Part shown: positions 48,195 through 57,557 of the stretch, one piece after another
Layout of the letters: the number at the start of each line of letters is the position of its first letter
How positions within the stretch are numbered: position 1 is the first letter of the stretch
NCBI GenBank assembly: GCA_963169855.1
Contig: CAUJCN010000001.1
Span: 81,828 to 145,827 of the forward strand
DNA from: Patescibacteria group bacterium
GTDB lineage: Bacteria > Patescibacteriota > Dojkabacteria > J137
Direction: 5' to 3'
DNA: 64,000 bases
Position numbers and translations under genes: made by a program
The notes under the pieces: model-generated
The model's database searches: none
Seen by the model: the letters and a program-made list of their open reading frames with translations, nothing else
What the model was told of the DNA's origin: nothing

Positions 48195-49748
48195 ATGAAT
48201 TCCGAAGAAGCTCTAAACATTGCAAATGTACCTTTAATTAGAAAGCCTTCCAAAACTATCCCTGATCTATTGAGAAGTCCTATTCACCAACCGGTTGGAA
48301 CAAAGGAACTATCTCCAATTGTTCGAAAGGTAGAATTTCCTGGATATCTAAACAACTTATCAAAGACAGAACAACTTATTGCTGAACTAGAAATTCCCCA
48401 CGAATCCGAAGAAGCAAAAAGATTTGTTCTATCATATATCAGTTTAATAGGAGAAAGTTTTGAGGAATCTGATATTGAGACAAAGTTTCTTAAAGCAGTT
48501 AAGATCATTGCTGATGTCGACAACCTAATCCAGTCAGGAAAAGTAGATTTACTAACTGAGTTAATAGTTTCTCTTTATTCTCAGAATCCTGAAATTCACG
48601 GCTACAAAAGATCACTTTTTGGAAAAGCCCTAATTAAATTAGTTGAGGCCAGATATACAGATTTAGAAACAGATAAGCCTGTCGAGGGTTCAATGCTAAC
48701 TGTAAAAATGAATGTTTTAGCTAATATCAAGGCTCAATTATTAGAGAAGAATATCGCTACAGTAATTCAAACTGCAGCATCACTTTTCGATAAATTAGCA
48801 AAAACTGACAAGCTTGCTTCTGTAATAAGAGAAATGTTGAAACGGGAAAACACTACAGGCATCGAGACCACTTTTGCAGAGATTCAAAATTTAAGCCACA
48901 ACAGACTACACGGAGTAGCTGCGATTATTATCTGGCAATTTAAAAAGAAACTAGAGAACTACAAAGTAGAACCCAATTCAACAGAGTCCTTAACAGAATT
49001 ACTAAACAAAATGTCTCAAGAAATCATTGATGGATGGTCAATTGAAGACATTGGTAATCCTGCTTTAAAAATTATGATTACAACTGTTTTACACCTAATT
49101 GGGTATGGGGATGATCCTAAAGGAGAAATTGTATCTGCGAAAACTATACTATTAGAAACTTACAACATGCCTGCGTTGCAGAAAGAAAAGAAAGCTTTAG
49201 AAGTTGAAACCAAAAATGAGAAAGTTGAGGAAGCTCCTGAAGCAGAAGTAATTCCTGTTGAAGAAGTTGTTGCTGAAGTTACTCAACCAGAAGAAAGAAA
49301 GGAAGACACTCAAGAAGCTCCTAAAGCAGAAGTAACTGTGGAAGCTCCTGAAGTTCTTACAGAAATCCCAGAATTAACAAGAGAAAATTACAAAGAAGTT
49401 TTGAAAGCAGCTGGAATACCAGAAGACCAGATTAAAGAAATAATGACTTATGCAGAAAGCAAATACAACGAACACTTTTTAGAAATGATTAACTTCGTTG
49501 TCAAAACAATCAAAAACGAAGGAGAAAAGTCTCCAGAAGAACTTGCAGAAGTAATTTTTGAACAACATTTTAATCTTGGATTAACTTACAACTCTCAAGA
49601 TTGGTACGCAATTTTGCGAAGATGTTCATTTGTCCTAAGGCAGAAAGTAGCCCTTGATACCCTATGGAGATTAATCAGTATTCTTTCAGTTAAGAATAAT
49701 TACAAGCAACCAACACTAAAAGTTTGGGCCAATACTCAACCAGTTTAA
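48195..49748 (+). CDS. Hypothetical protein with E/A/P/V-rich linker
   Basis: 517-aa ORF; EEAPEAEV / QEAPKAEV low-complexity repeats. Confidence 0.75.
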   Translation: MNSEEALNIANVPLIRKPSKTIPDLLRSPIHQPVGTKELSPIVRKVEFPGYLNNLSKTEQLIAELEIPHESEEAKRFVLSYISLIGESFEESDIETKFLKAVKIIADVDNLIQSGKVDLLTELIVSLYSQNPEIHGYKRSLFGKALIKLVEARYTDLETDKPVEGSMLTVKMNVLANIKAQLLEKNIATVIQTAASLFDKLAKTDKLASVIREMLKRENTTGIETTFAEIQNLSHNRLHGVAAIIIWQFKKKLENYKVEPNSTESLTELLNKMSQEIIDGWSIEDIGNPALKIMITTVLHLIGYGDDPKGEIVSAKTILLETYNMPALQKEKKALEVETKNEKVEEAPEAEVIPVEEVVAEVTQPEERKEDTQEAPKAEVTVEAPEVLTEIPELTRENYKEVLKAAGIPEDQIKEIMTYAESKYNEHFLEMINFVVKTIKNEGEKSPEELAEVIFEQHFNLGLTYNSQDWYAILRRCSFVLRQKVALDTLWRLISILSVKNNYKQPTLKVWANTQPV

Positions 49749-49771
49749 GAACTAGGTGTTAAAATAATGTA

Positions 49772-50101
49772 ATGGAGAATCCTAATGCTCAACCGCTACC
49801 TGCTAATGTACTTTTAGATATTCTAGACGGAATTAGAATCACTACTACTTACGATAAAACCTTATCACCCGAGGAAATTCTGCAAACAGAGAATGCGATA
49901 AAACACCTAAGTATGCTTGGAGTAAAGGAAGTTGCTAGTTTTTTGAATGCTCTTCTAGAAACAATTGAAAAGGGTCAAAAGATTTTAGGCAGCGCTCAAC
50001 TTGCTCGAGAAGATTGTCTTCACCCTCTTACAACAAGACAAAAACAGCTTATTCTTCATCAAGTCGAAAGATACAAGTGGTATTCAGCTTCAGAACAGTA
50101 G
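49772..50101 (+). CDS. Hypothetical protein
   Basis: 109-aa ORF; TGtTAAAAT 6 nt upstream. Confidence 0.65.
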   Translation: MENPNAQPLPANVLLDILDGIRITTTYDKTLSPEEILQTENAIKHLSMLGVKEVASFLNALLETIEKGQKILGSAQLAREDCLHPLTTRQKQLILHQVERYKWYSASEQ

Positions 50102-50171
50102 ATCCTGCTAGACTTCCAATGTACACCAGAATTTACTAAGATAGTATAAATTAATTTATTTGTCATATTTT

Positions 50172-51428
50172 ATGAGATTCAATGTTACTCAAAGAACAAA
50201 ATTGTTCTTAATAGCAGGATCAGTCCTGTTGCTTTCATCGATTATTGCTGGAATTATTCTATTAGCTTCTAAGCAACCTTCTCAAGTTAACGATGAAGAC
50301 GAAAATCCAATTGTCGAAGTACCTATCTCTTATGCTCCACCAATTATCGACGAGGAAGAAGACAACGTTCCTATAGAAGAGTCTCCTGAAGATATTGACT
50401 ACAGAGCTCAGCACAATGCTTTAGTGGAACAATATAAAAACAAACCTAACGATGCATTATTAGGTGGAATGTTCTTCTATCAAGCTGCTTATATAAAAGT
50501 TTTAGCTGATCCTTCTACTTACACACTTACTCAAAAAAATCAAAATGGAATTGAGTTAAAAATCCATGGAGCTACTTTACTAGTAACTATCCCTTACGAA
50601 AGCTTTCCTGGAAAGTATGCTACTGCTGTAAAACTAGATCCAAACAGATTTGTAGAATTTAATAATTTATACAGAACAACTTATGCTAGTGCAGAAGGAT
50701 TTAATTACATTAGTCACGTAAGAAGTACTCAACAATGTCCTGCATTCGAAACTTCTTTCGAACCTCCTTGCTCAAGTAATACTTTAGCATTCTTATCTGA
50801 AAGTACGAATTTACAAGATTATGTAGCAATGATTCATTGTACGGGAACAGCAGAAGCTTGCGATAAAGCAGTTACATCTTTTGCTTTAGAACCTCAATAC
50901 AACACAGAAAGTATAGCTGCAACTGGAGTAGCTCATTACATGAACACAAAAGTAATAGCTAGACCAGGAAGCTACACAATGAGAGAATTAAACTTTGGAC
51001 ACCCAAGTAGCTACCCTGTACCAAACACAGCTGTTGGTCTTCAATATGAATTCTACGATCTAAATACCTTAATTAATGTTTATGAACTATCTGGAGGTAC
51101 TAGTCCATACGGAGGGTTAGATACACCTAAGAAAGTTGAAAGTGCGATTATCTCTAAAGGTTTTGAAAATGTAAGTGCCTTCGCAACAGGTACACATCAA
51201 ACAACACCTACTTATCAGTTTATTAGCAATGTAAAGAACACACCTTGTGTTGCAGGTAGTGGAGCACAAATTCCAGCTCCTTGCGCAGATATTGATGGTG
51301 TAAAACTTACAGAAATGACAAGTTCGAAGAACCCTACATACATTCAATTAACCTGTAAAGGTGTTTTCGAAGATTGTGTAAAATCTTTAGAGAGAGTTAT
51401 TTTATTTGTTGCAGCTAAGAATTACTAA
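50172..51428 (+). CDS. Membrane-anchored extracellular protein with two tandem 4-Cys domains
   Basis: N-terminal TM, acidic linker, duplicated (Y/F)IS.V...C.......PC.....C.G..E.C.K pattern. Confidence 0.75.
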   Translation: MRFNVTQRTKLFLIAGSVLLLSSIIAGIILLASKQPSQVNDEDENPIVEVPISYAPPIIDEEEDNVPIEESPEDIDYRAQHNALVEQYKNKPNDALLGGMFFYQAAYIKVLADPSTYTLTQKNQNGIELKIHGATLLVTIPYESFPGKYATAVKLDPNRFVEFNNLYRTTYASAEGFNYISHVRSTQQCPAFETSFEPPCSSNTLAFLSESTNLQDYVAMIHCTGTAEACDKAVTSFALEPQYNTESIAATGVAHYMNTKVIARPGSYTMRELNFGHPSSYPVPNTAVGLQYEFYDLNTLINVYELSGGTSPYGGLDTPKKVESAIISKGFENVSAFATGTHQTTPTYQFISNVKNTPCVAGSGAQIPAPCADIDGVKLTEMTSSKNPTYIQLTCKGVFEDCVKSLERVILFVAAKNY

Positions 51429-51449
51429 GTTAGAGCGTTTTAAGTGACT

Positions 51450-51486
51450 AGAACCCGTTAACCATATATGGAACGGGTTCTTTTTT
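51450..51486 (+). terminator. Rho-independent terminator
   Basis: AGAACCCGTT...AACGGGTTCT followed by a T tract. Confidence 0.85.
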
Positions 51487-51503
51487 ATCTGTTAGAATAA
51501 TGT

Positions 51504-52313
51504 ATGAAATTCGGTAGAGATGGAATCACAGATTCTGAAATAATTAATCCTAAGATAAAATTTTTCAAAGAGAAAAGTGCAGGACAGTTCAGGCTTTTTG
51601 TTGGCGGCACCAAGATTTCCGATAAAGAAGTAGCTGATGCTTTGTACCCAAAAGGAACAAAAGCAAAAGATTATTTAAAAACATATTCGACTTTATTCAA
51701 TACAATTGAACTGAACTCAACTCACTACAGAGTTCCTTCGCAGGATAATTTACAAAAGTACATGGAGGAAACTCCAGATGATTTTCGTTTTTCTCCAAAA
51801 GTAATTCAGAATTTTTCACACTTTTCTAACCTATCTCTTCAGTTTAGTAAGTTTGTAGATTTCAAAAAAGATTTACTACCATTATCTTCTAAAATTGGTC
51901 TTACATTTCTTCAACTCCATGAAAAATTTGGTAAAGCAAGACAAGGTGAATTAATCTCATTCCTTAAAAAATTTCGCAAAGAATTTTCTGACGACTTAGC
52001 TTTAGAAATCCGCAATGGAGATTTAATAATTTCTGAACAAGTAGTCGACACTTTAGCAGAACTCGGCATTATTCTTATTATCACAGATACTCTAGGAAGA
52101 AGAGATGTTGTTCATGGAAACTTAACTACCGATAAAATGTATCTTCGATTTGTAGGAGATGAACTTAAAGATACAGATACTAAAAGACTTGATTTCTGGA
52201 TTGATACAATCAACAAAAATAAGGATAAATTGAGTGATGTTTATATCTATCTGCATATAAGTAATTTAAATAAAATGATGGAGTTCAAACAGTATATTTA
52301 CGATAGGATCTAA
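51504..52313 (+). CDS. DUF72 (YecE-like) protein
   Basis: LYP.......YL..YS..FNTIELNSTHY..P, TPDDFRFSPK....SH, ALEIR, YLRF.G. Confidence 0.88.
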   Translation: MKFGRDGITDSEIINPKIKFFKEKSAGQFRLFVGGTKISDKEVADALYPKGTKAKDYLKTYSTLFNTIELNSTHYRVPSQDNLQKYMEETPDDFRFSPKVIQNFSHFSNLSLQFSKFVDFKKDLLPLSSKIGLTFLQLHEKFGKARQGELISFLKKFRKEFSDDLALEIRNGDLIISEQVVDTLAELGIILIITDTLGRRDVVHGNLTTDKMYLRFVGDELKDTDTKRLDFWIDTINKNKDKLSDVYIYLHISNLNKMMEFKQYIYDRI

Positions 52314-52357
52314 GCTTATTGGCAATCCTACCTTCTATCGTATATAATCGACTTAAT

Positions 52358-52408
52358 ATGAAGAAAGACGCTACAAAACAAGTTCTTCTTTGCCCTTACT
52401 GTTGTTGA
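52358..52408 (+). CDS. Putative Cys-rich leader peptide MKKDATKQVLLCPYCC
   Basis: 16-aa ORF 9 nt after TATAAT (52343-52348); three Cys in the last five codons; overlaps the 5' arm of a hairpin. Confidence 0.6.
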   Translation: MKKDATKQVLLCPYCC

Positions 52409-52443
52409 GGTTCAAACTCAGATCTTATTTATTTGAACTCAAC
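52404..52443 (+). promoter_or_regulatory. Hairpin linking the leader-peptide end to the initiation region of the next gene (candidate attenuator)
   Basis: GTTGAG(G)TTCAAA pairs with TTTGAACTCAAC (12 bp, one bulge); ends 5 nt before the ATG at 52449. Confidence 0.6.
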
Positions 52444-52448
52444 GTATC

Positions 52449-53255
52449 ATGATCACAGCCCTAATTATAATCTTTGCAATAGTCTTTGCTTACGGCCTTT
52501 TACTAGCACTCACCCAGGATTTTAAAGCTCAAGGAGTTGGAAATTCCATATTCCGAAATTCTACAAAAATTACGAATATATTGTTTGTTTATCCACATCC
52601 AGATGACGAAACCATGGCTTCTGGTGGTCTAATGAATAAACTTTCCAGAAGTCCAGATTTTAATGTTCACGCTATTACACTAACTAAAGGAGAAAAAGGT
52701 AAGGAGCTACTGAATATTGAAGATAACTTACTTGCTCAACAAAGATCTTCTGAATACTCTGAAGCAGTTGGTATTTTAGGAGTTTCTCAATACGAACTTT
52801 GGAGTTATCCCGATGGTGGAGTTTTGGAAAACAATGACTTAATGAAAAAACAAATTGAAGAATATATTTCTAAAAACAATATTCAGACAGTTATTACTTA
52901 CGAAAGAACAGGAATCTATGGACACAAAGATCATGTTGCTTTATCTAAAGCTATCAACGAGATTCAAAAAGAAAATTCAGATTTGAAAGTTTTTTACTCA
53001 ACTATGCCAGTCAGATATGAAAAGCTACTGAATTTTCCTTCACACATTAAAGATTTAGAACTAACAAAAACAACATATTGCGAAACTCCTGAATACAGGA
53101 TCAATATTTGGAGTTCTGTTTGGAATAAGTACAAAGCAGCTAGAAGTCATAAATCTCAGAAGCTGAGTCATGGATATCCTCTTTGGCTTCCACTTTTCTT
53201 ATTACCTTTTGAATACTATACTACAGTGTATGAAGATCCAATATCCAAATTCTAA
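52449..53255 (+). CDS. PIG-L/LmbE family N-acetylglucosaminyl deacetylase with N-terminal TM
   Basis: PHPDDE, T.GE.G, R..E...A..ILGV, YGH.DH, H.SQ. Confidence 0.9.
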   Translation: MITALIIIFAIVFAYGLLLALTQDFKAQGVGNSIFRNSTKITNILFVYPHPDDETMASGGLMNKLSRSPDFNVHAITLTKGEKGKELLNIEDNLLAQQRSSEYSEAVGILGVSQYELWSYPDGGVLENNDLMKKQIEEYISKNNIQTVITYERTGIYGHKDHVALSKAINEIQKENSDLKVFYSTMPVRYEKLLNFPSHIKDLELTKTTYCETPEYRINIWSSVWNKYKAARSHKSQKLSHGYPLWLPLFLLPFEYYTTVYEDPISKF

Positions 53256-53308
53256 CATCAAAGAATTTAGAAATTTGTAATTGGGTATTAGATATTAAAA
53301 TTATTATT

Positions 53309-54700
53309 ATGAAATTATACGATTCACTAACTCGAGATATTAGAGATTTTAAACCAATAGAAGAAGGTAAGGTACGAATGTATACTTGTGGACCTACAGT
53401 TTACAGCTTTGTAACAATAGGCAACTGGCGAACTTATACACTCGGTGATCTAATAAACAGAACGCTTGTGTACCTCGGATACGATATCAACTACGTAATG
53501 AATATTACCGATGTCGGGCATTTGACTGGTGATAACTTAGGGGATGCCGATACTGGCGAAGATAGATTAGAAAAAGCAGCAAAGAAAGAAAGGAAGACTG
53601 CATGGGATATTGCTGAATTCTACACAGAAGATTTCCTAACTGGATTTAACAAAATGAATCTTATTAAACCAAAAGTTTTTTCTAAAGCAACTGAACATAT
53701 AGATGAACAAATTAATCTTGTAAAAGAAATAGAAGAAAAAGGCTTTGCTTACAAAATTGCAGATGGAATTTATTTTGATACTCAAGCTTACGAAGTAGCA
53801 GGAAACAAATACGGCGAACTTTCTAACTTGGATCAAATCAAAGAGGGAGCTAGAGTTGAAATTAACGAAGAGAAAAAAGATCCTAGAGATTTCGCTTTGT
53901 GGAAATTCTCACCAATTGATGAACAACGGGACATGGAGTGGGAAAGTCCATGGGGCAAAGGATTCCCAGGATGGCATATTGAATGTTCCGCAATGAGTAT
54001 GAAGTACCTGGGGGATCAGTTAGACATTCATGTGGGAGGCGAAGATTTGAGATCAACGCATCATCCTAATGAAATTGCACAGAGCGAAGCAGCAACAGGA
54101 GCGAAACCATTTACAAACTACTGGATGCACGGAGCATTTCTTACTGTTAATGGCGGGCGAATGGGGAAAAGTTTAGGTAATGCCTACACAGTCACAGATA
54201 TAGAAAATGAAGGTTATAATTTGATGGCTTTAAGATACTTTTATCTTGGTGGTCATTACAGAAAACAATTGAACTTTACATGGGAAGCTTTAGAGGCTGC
54301 TCAGAATGCATATAAGAAAATCGTTTCCAGTTTACGAGGTTGGGTGAAAGAGTTAAATTCTAATGAATTGTTTAGAATCAATACTGATTATAAAATTAAA
54401 TTCACAGAAGCATTAAACGATGACTTGAATATGCCTCAAGCTTTAGCCGTTTTGTGGGAAGTGGCAAAAGACCAAAGCTTAGATGCAGAAACAAAAGTCT
54501 CAACTATCTTAGATTTTGATAGAGTTTTAGGATTAAAACTTGAAGAATCAATTTCACAACCTGAAGAGTATTCCCTAGAAGTTCAGAGTTTAATAGAAGA
54601 AAGAAATCAGGCAAGAGCAGATAAGAATTGGAGCAGAGCAGACGAGATCAGAGATATTCTCAAAAATGATTTCGATGTCGAATTGAAAGATAAAGCTTAA
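53309..54700 (+). CDS. cysS: Cysteine--tRNA ligase
   Basis: MYTCGPTVY, MNITDVGH, DFALWK, WESPWGKGFPGWHIECSAM, H.NEIAQSE, HYR..LNF. Confidence 0.97.
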   Translation: MKLYDSLTRDIRDFKPIEEGKVRMYTCGPTVYSFVTIGNWRTYTLGDLINRTLVYLGYDINYVMNITDVGHLTGDNLGDADTGEDRLEKAAKKERKTAWDIAEFYTEDFLTGFNKMNLIKPKVFSKATEHIDEQINLVKEIEEKGFAYKIADGIYFDTQAYEVAGNKYGELSNLDQIKEGARVEINEEKKDPRDFALWKFSPIDEQRDMEWESPWGKGFPGWHIECSAMSMKYLGDQLDIHVGGEDLRSTHHPNEIAQSEAATGAKPFTNYWMHGAFLTVNGGRMGKSLGNAYTVTDIENEGYNLMALRYFYLGGHYRKQLNFTWEALEAAQNAYKKIVSSLRGWVKELNSNELFRINTDYKIKFTEALNDDLNMPQALAVLWEVAKDQSLDAETKVSTILDFDRVLGLKLEESISQPEEYSLEVQSLIEERNQARADKNWSRADEIRDILKNDFDVELKDKA

Positions 54701-55206
54701 CTCTCTGAAACTTGATGAGCTAAGCCTGCATTCTTCATAGATCTGATGAAATTTGGTATTGAATTACTATTACTACTTTCTAGAGTTTTTATTCTATCGT
54801 CTATAATTGCTAACTGCTGACCAATACTGATGCCCAATTTTGTTTTTTGAAAACCCTGAGCATCCTCACCCAATTGATTAACAAATACTTGAGTACTATC
54901 CACTATCTGTCTCATCCTCAATCCATAATACCTTCGGTGAATTGCTTCGCCAATTGCATGAAGACTTAATCCAATCATGTTTTTTTCGTTGAGTTGACCA
55001 CTAAGCAAATAGTTTAAAATTCCTTGAGCAAAATTGATTCTTGAAACCACCCTAGAACGTTCAAATTTTTCTGACACAGATCTTTTCTGCTGATTCAATT
55101 TTGCGATGTGATCCCTAAGAGATTGCTCAAAACTTTCATGATCTGTAAAAATAACATTTCTTTCGAAGACACCAGTTCTAGAATATCCGACTAATGCTCT
55201 GTCCAC
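54697..55206 (-). CDS. Hypothetical protein (possibly the 3' part of a frameshifted gene)
   Basis: GTG start immediately after an in-frame stop; 29-nt overlap with the upstream ORF. Confidence 0.5.
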   Translation of the reverse strand: MDRALVGYSRTGVFERNVIFTDHESFEQSLRDHIAKLNQQKRSVSEKFERSRVVSRINFAQGILNYLLSGQLNEKNMIGLSLHAIGEAIHRRYYGLRMRQIVDSTQVFVNQLGEDAQGFQKTKLGISIGQQLAIIDDRIKTLESSNSNSIPNFIRSMKNAGLAHQVSES

Positions 55207-55516
55207 CTAGGAAGGTAACGTAATCTTCGTCTGTGAATCTTTCAAATAATACTGAGAGTCTAATGTTATAAGCCCTAAGCATTTTTACTATAGCCGACAT
55301 GTCCGACCCTTTACTTCTAAGATCCCTAACTACTACCAATAAGCCTCCTAGGATTTTCGTCTTACTTCTAATACCTTGAGATAACATTTCGCTGAGAGTT
55401 CTAAGATTTCTTGTTGGAGTATCTACTGGGTCTATTGCTAGCTCTTTTGATTCTGGGATTAAGGATAACGGATCGAAAGACACCAATGAGCTTTCAGGGT
55501 TTGAATTTTCAGCCAT
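55178..55516 (-). CDS. Hypothetical protein
   Basis: ATG start at MAENS; TGcTATAAT upstream. Confidence 0.55.
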   Translation of the reverse strand: MAENSNPESSLVSFDPLSLIPESKELAIDPVDTPTRNLRTLSEMLSQGIRSKTKILGGLLVVVRDLRSKGSDMSAIVKMLRAYNIRLSVLFERFTDEDYVTFLGGQSISRIF

Positions 55517-55635
55517 ATAATTTAGTGTAATTGTCAGAATTATAGCACATTTATTGACGTTGTAACTTGGCGACAAGGACCAGCTAATTTGATTAAAGTT
55601 ATTGATAAAACTTCCTTATCTGATAAACTATATTT

Positions 55636-56835
55636 ATGAACATGAACGAATTAAACAGAGCATTAATAGACAACTACGACTTACTACTAAAGGGTGTAGA
55701 AGCTTCTGGCGAGGATAGAGATGAGGTCACAGCTTTATACTCCACAGCTGTTTCCCTGTACAATTTGAAAAATTCTAAGGTCGGAAATGGAGCGCTAGCT
55801 TCGACTGACTTTGATTTCTACTCAGAAGCATCCGGGAGCATGGTACGGCAACTTCAGGCTTCAAAAAGTATACGAGAGATGATTCATCCAGTGGTTTTAA
55901 AAATGTTTTTGAAAGAATTCGGAACCATTCCTAAACACTCATTTATATCGAGAATGCTGTTTGCAGACCCCGATTTAACAGATGAAACAAAGACTGGTAT
56001 TACCGAAGGTTCAACTAGAGAAGATCGGAGAGTATTTTCAAATAATTTGTTTAGTTTCTCAAATAAAATTGCAAGGTACTTGAAACCACTAGTTGACCAA
56101 GGGATCGATATAGATCTCTTTGCCAATATCATTCAGCAGCCAATGTCTATCTGGATCTCTTTCTTGGGTGAAAGTACTCAATCCGAAAGCATACAACCTG
56201 TAGATCAACGAGTTTTAGATAATGTAAAAGAAATTGAATCAATAACCATAGAAAACGTAATTAGCACTACTGGAACTGAACTGTTCGATCAGACCACAAT
56301 CGACAATCCTAATAATGATGAACAGAAAGATATTAAATTAATTTTTGATATTTCTAAGTTACTTGTTTATTTAAGAATGAAAGCAAATGAAAAAGGAATA
56401 GGAGCTATGAATAGTCAAACATTTGATACTTTTGTTGATTTTTCGCCAGGGAATCCATTCACAGAAGAACTATATAAATCAAAAACTTTCCTAACATATT
56501 TGATGGAAGCATGTAATAATCGTTTTCCTCTCCCAGCGGAATACAAGGAAACCGCTATTCAGACCCTACTGTCTTTAGCTCTAACCGAAGATAGTGAAGT
56601 CAGGACGAGACTAGTAAGTGGATTAGATGCAAAACTAATAGAAGTCCTGAAAAGCTTTACAAAAAGTATCTTCGATTTCCTAAAGAATCCAGATAATGTT
56701 TCGCTACTAAAGCCTATCAACGATGCAACTAGGACACAGGACTTAGCGATTCTTGGACTAAATTTAATTTTAGGTTTCAGAAGAACTTTGTCAAATACAG
56801 AAACAAAACTCTCTAGAATTGTAAGGCCTAAATAG
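55636..56835 (+). CDS. Hypothetical protein
   Basis: 399-aa ORF; TGaTAAACT 6 nt upstream. Confidence 0.7.
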   Translation: MNMNELNRALIDNYDLLLKGVEASGEDRDEVTALYSTAVSLYNLKNSKVGNGALASTDFDFYSEASGSMVRQLQASKSIREMIHPVVLKMFLKEFGTIPKHSFISRMLFADPDLTDETKTGITEGSTREDRRVFSNNLFSFSNKIARYLKPLVDQGIDIDLFANIIQQPMSIWISFLGESTQSESIQPVDQRVLDNVKEIESITIENVISTTGTELFDQTTIDNPNNDEQKDIKLIFDISKLLVYLRMKANEKGIGAMNSQTFDTFVDFSPGNPFTEELYKSKTFLTYLMEACNNRFPLPAEYKETAIQTLLSLALTEDSEVRTRLVSGLDAKLIEVLKSFTKSIFDFLKNPDNVSLLKPINDATRTQDLAILGLNLILGFRRTLSNTETKLSRIVRPK

Positions 56836-56885
56836 TCCTGTACATTAAAGATTTCATAACACTCCGTGCATGCTATACTTCGTAC

Positions 56886-57557
56886 ATGCAAAAGAATTTG
56901 ATTAGAAATGTATTTTTAGCCGCAACGGGATTAATTTCAGGGGCAACGATTATAGGTAATCTTATACGAGAAGATGGGCTTGATTGTGCAAATGGAAGAT
57001 TGGATAGAACTGCTTTAGGGCTAATTAACAATTTTAGTAATATAGAAAACATTAATGTAGACGTAGATAATACTTTGCTAATATCTGGCAAACGCATCAC
57101 ATACGTCGACGAACTATCACTTGGGATGGGGTTCCTTACTGAAACTCCTCATTACTATGAAATTGTAGATACCCTGAACTTCATCTTAAACAATATCCAA
57201 GGATTCATGATGAAGGGAGCAACAGGAAAAGAGAATTTACAATTTTCTGTAGTTTGGAATTCAATATATCCACTTTGCCAGACTCCTAAAATTGGAGTGC
57301 ATAGATATGGCTACGGATTTCAATTTGTTTCCGAAGATAAAGTTCTCAAAGCAAAGTTAAAAATTCAGGATGATCCTGATCATCAACTGCCTTCAATTTA
57401 CGTTAGCGTGACAGCAGTAGAAGGACAGGCAGAATGGATATTTTTGGATCAAATTAGAGATATTGCAAACAACGATCTTGAAATTGTTGAGGATATTCAA
57501 AACTTAAAAAATTATGCGAGAGAGCTCTTAAAAGAGGATCAACCCAGAGAACAGTAG
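56886..57557 (+). CDS. Hypothetical protein with signal-like N-terminus
   Basis: 223-aa ORF; TGcTATACT 6 nt upstream. Confidence 0.65.
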   Translation: MQKNLIRNVFLAATGLISGATIIGNLIREDGLDCANGRLDRTALGLINNFSNIENINVDVDNTLLISGKRITYVDELSLGMGFLTETPHYYEIVDTLNFILNNIQGFMMKGATGKENLQFSVVWNSIYPLCQTPKIGVHRYGYGFQFVSEDKVLKAKLKIQDDPDHQLPSIYVSVTAVEGQAEWIFLDQIRDIANNDLEIVEDIQNLKNYARELLKEDQPREQ

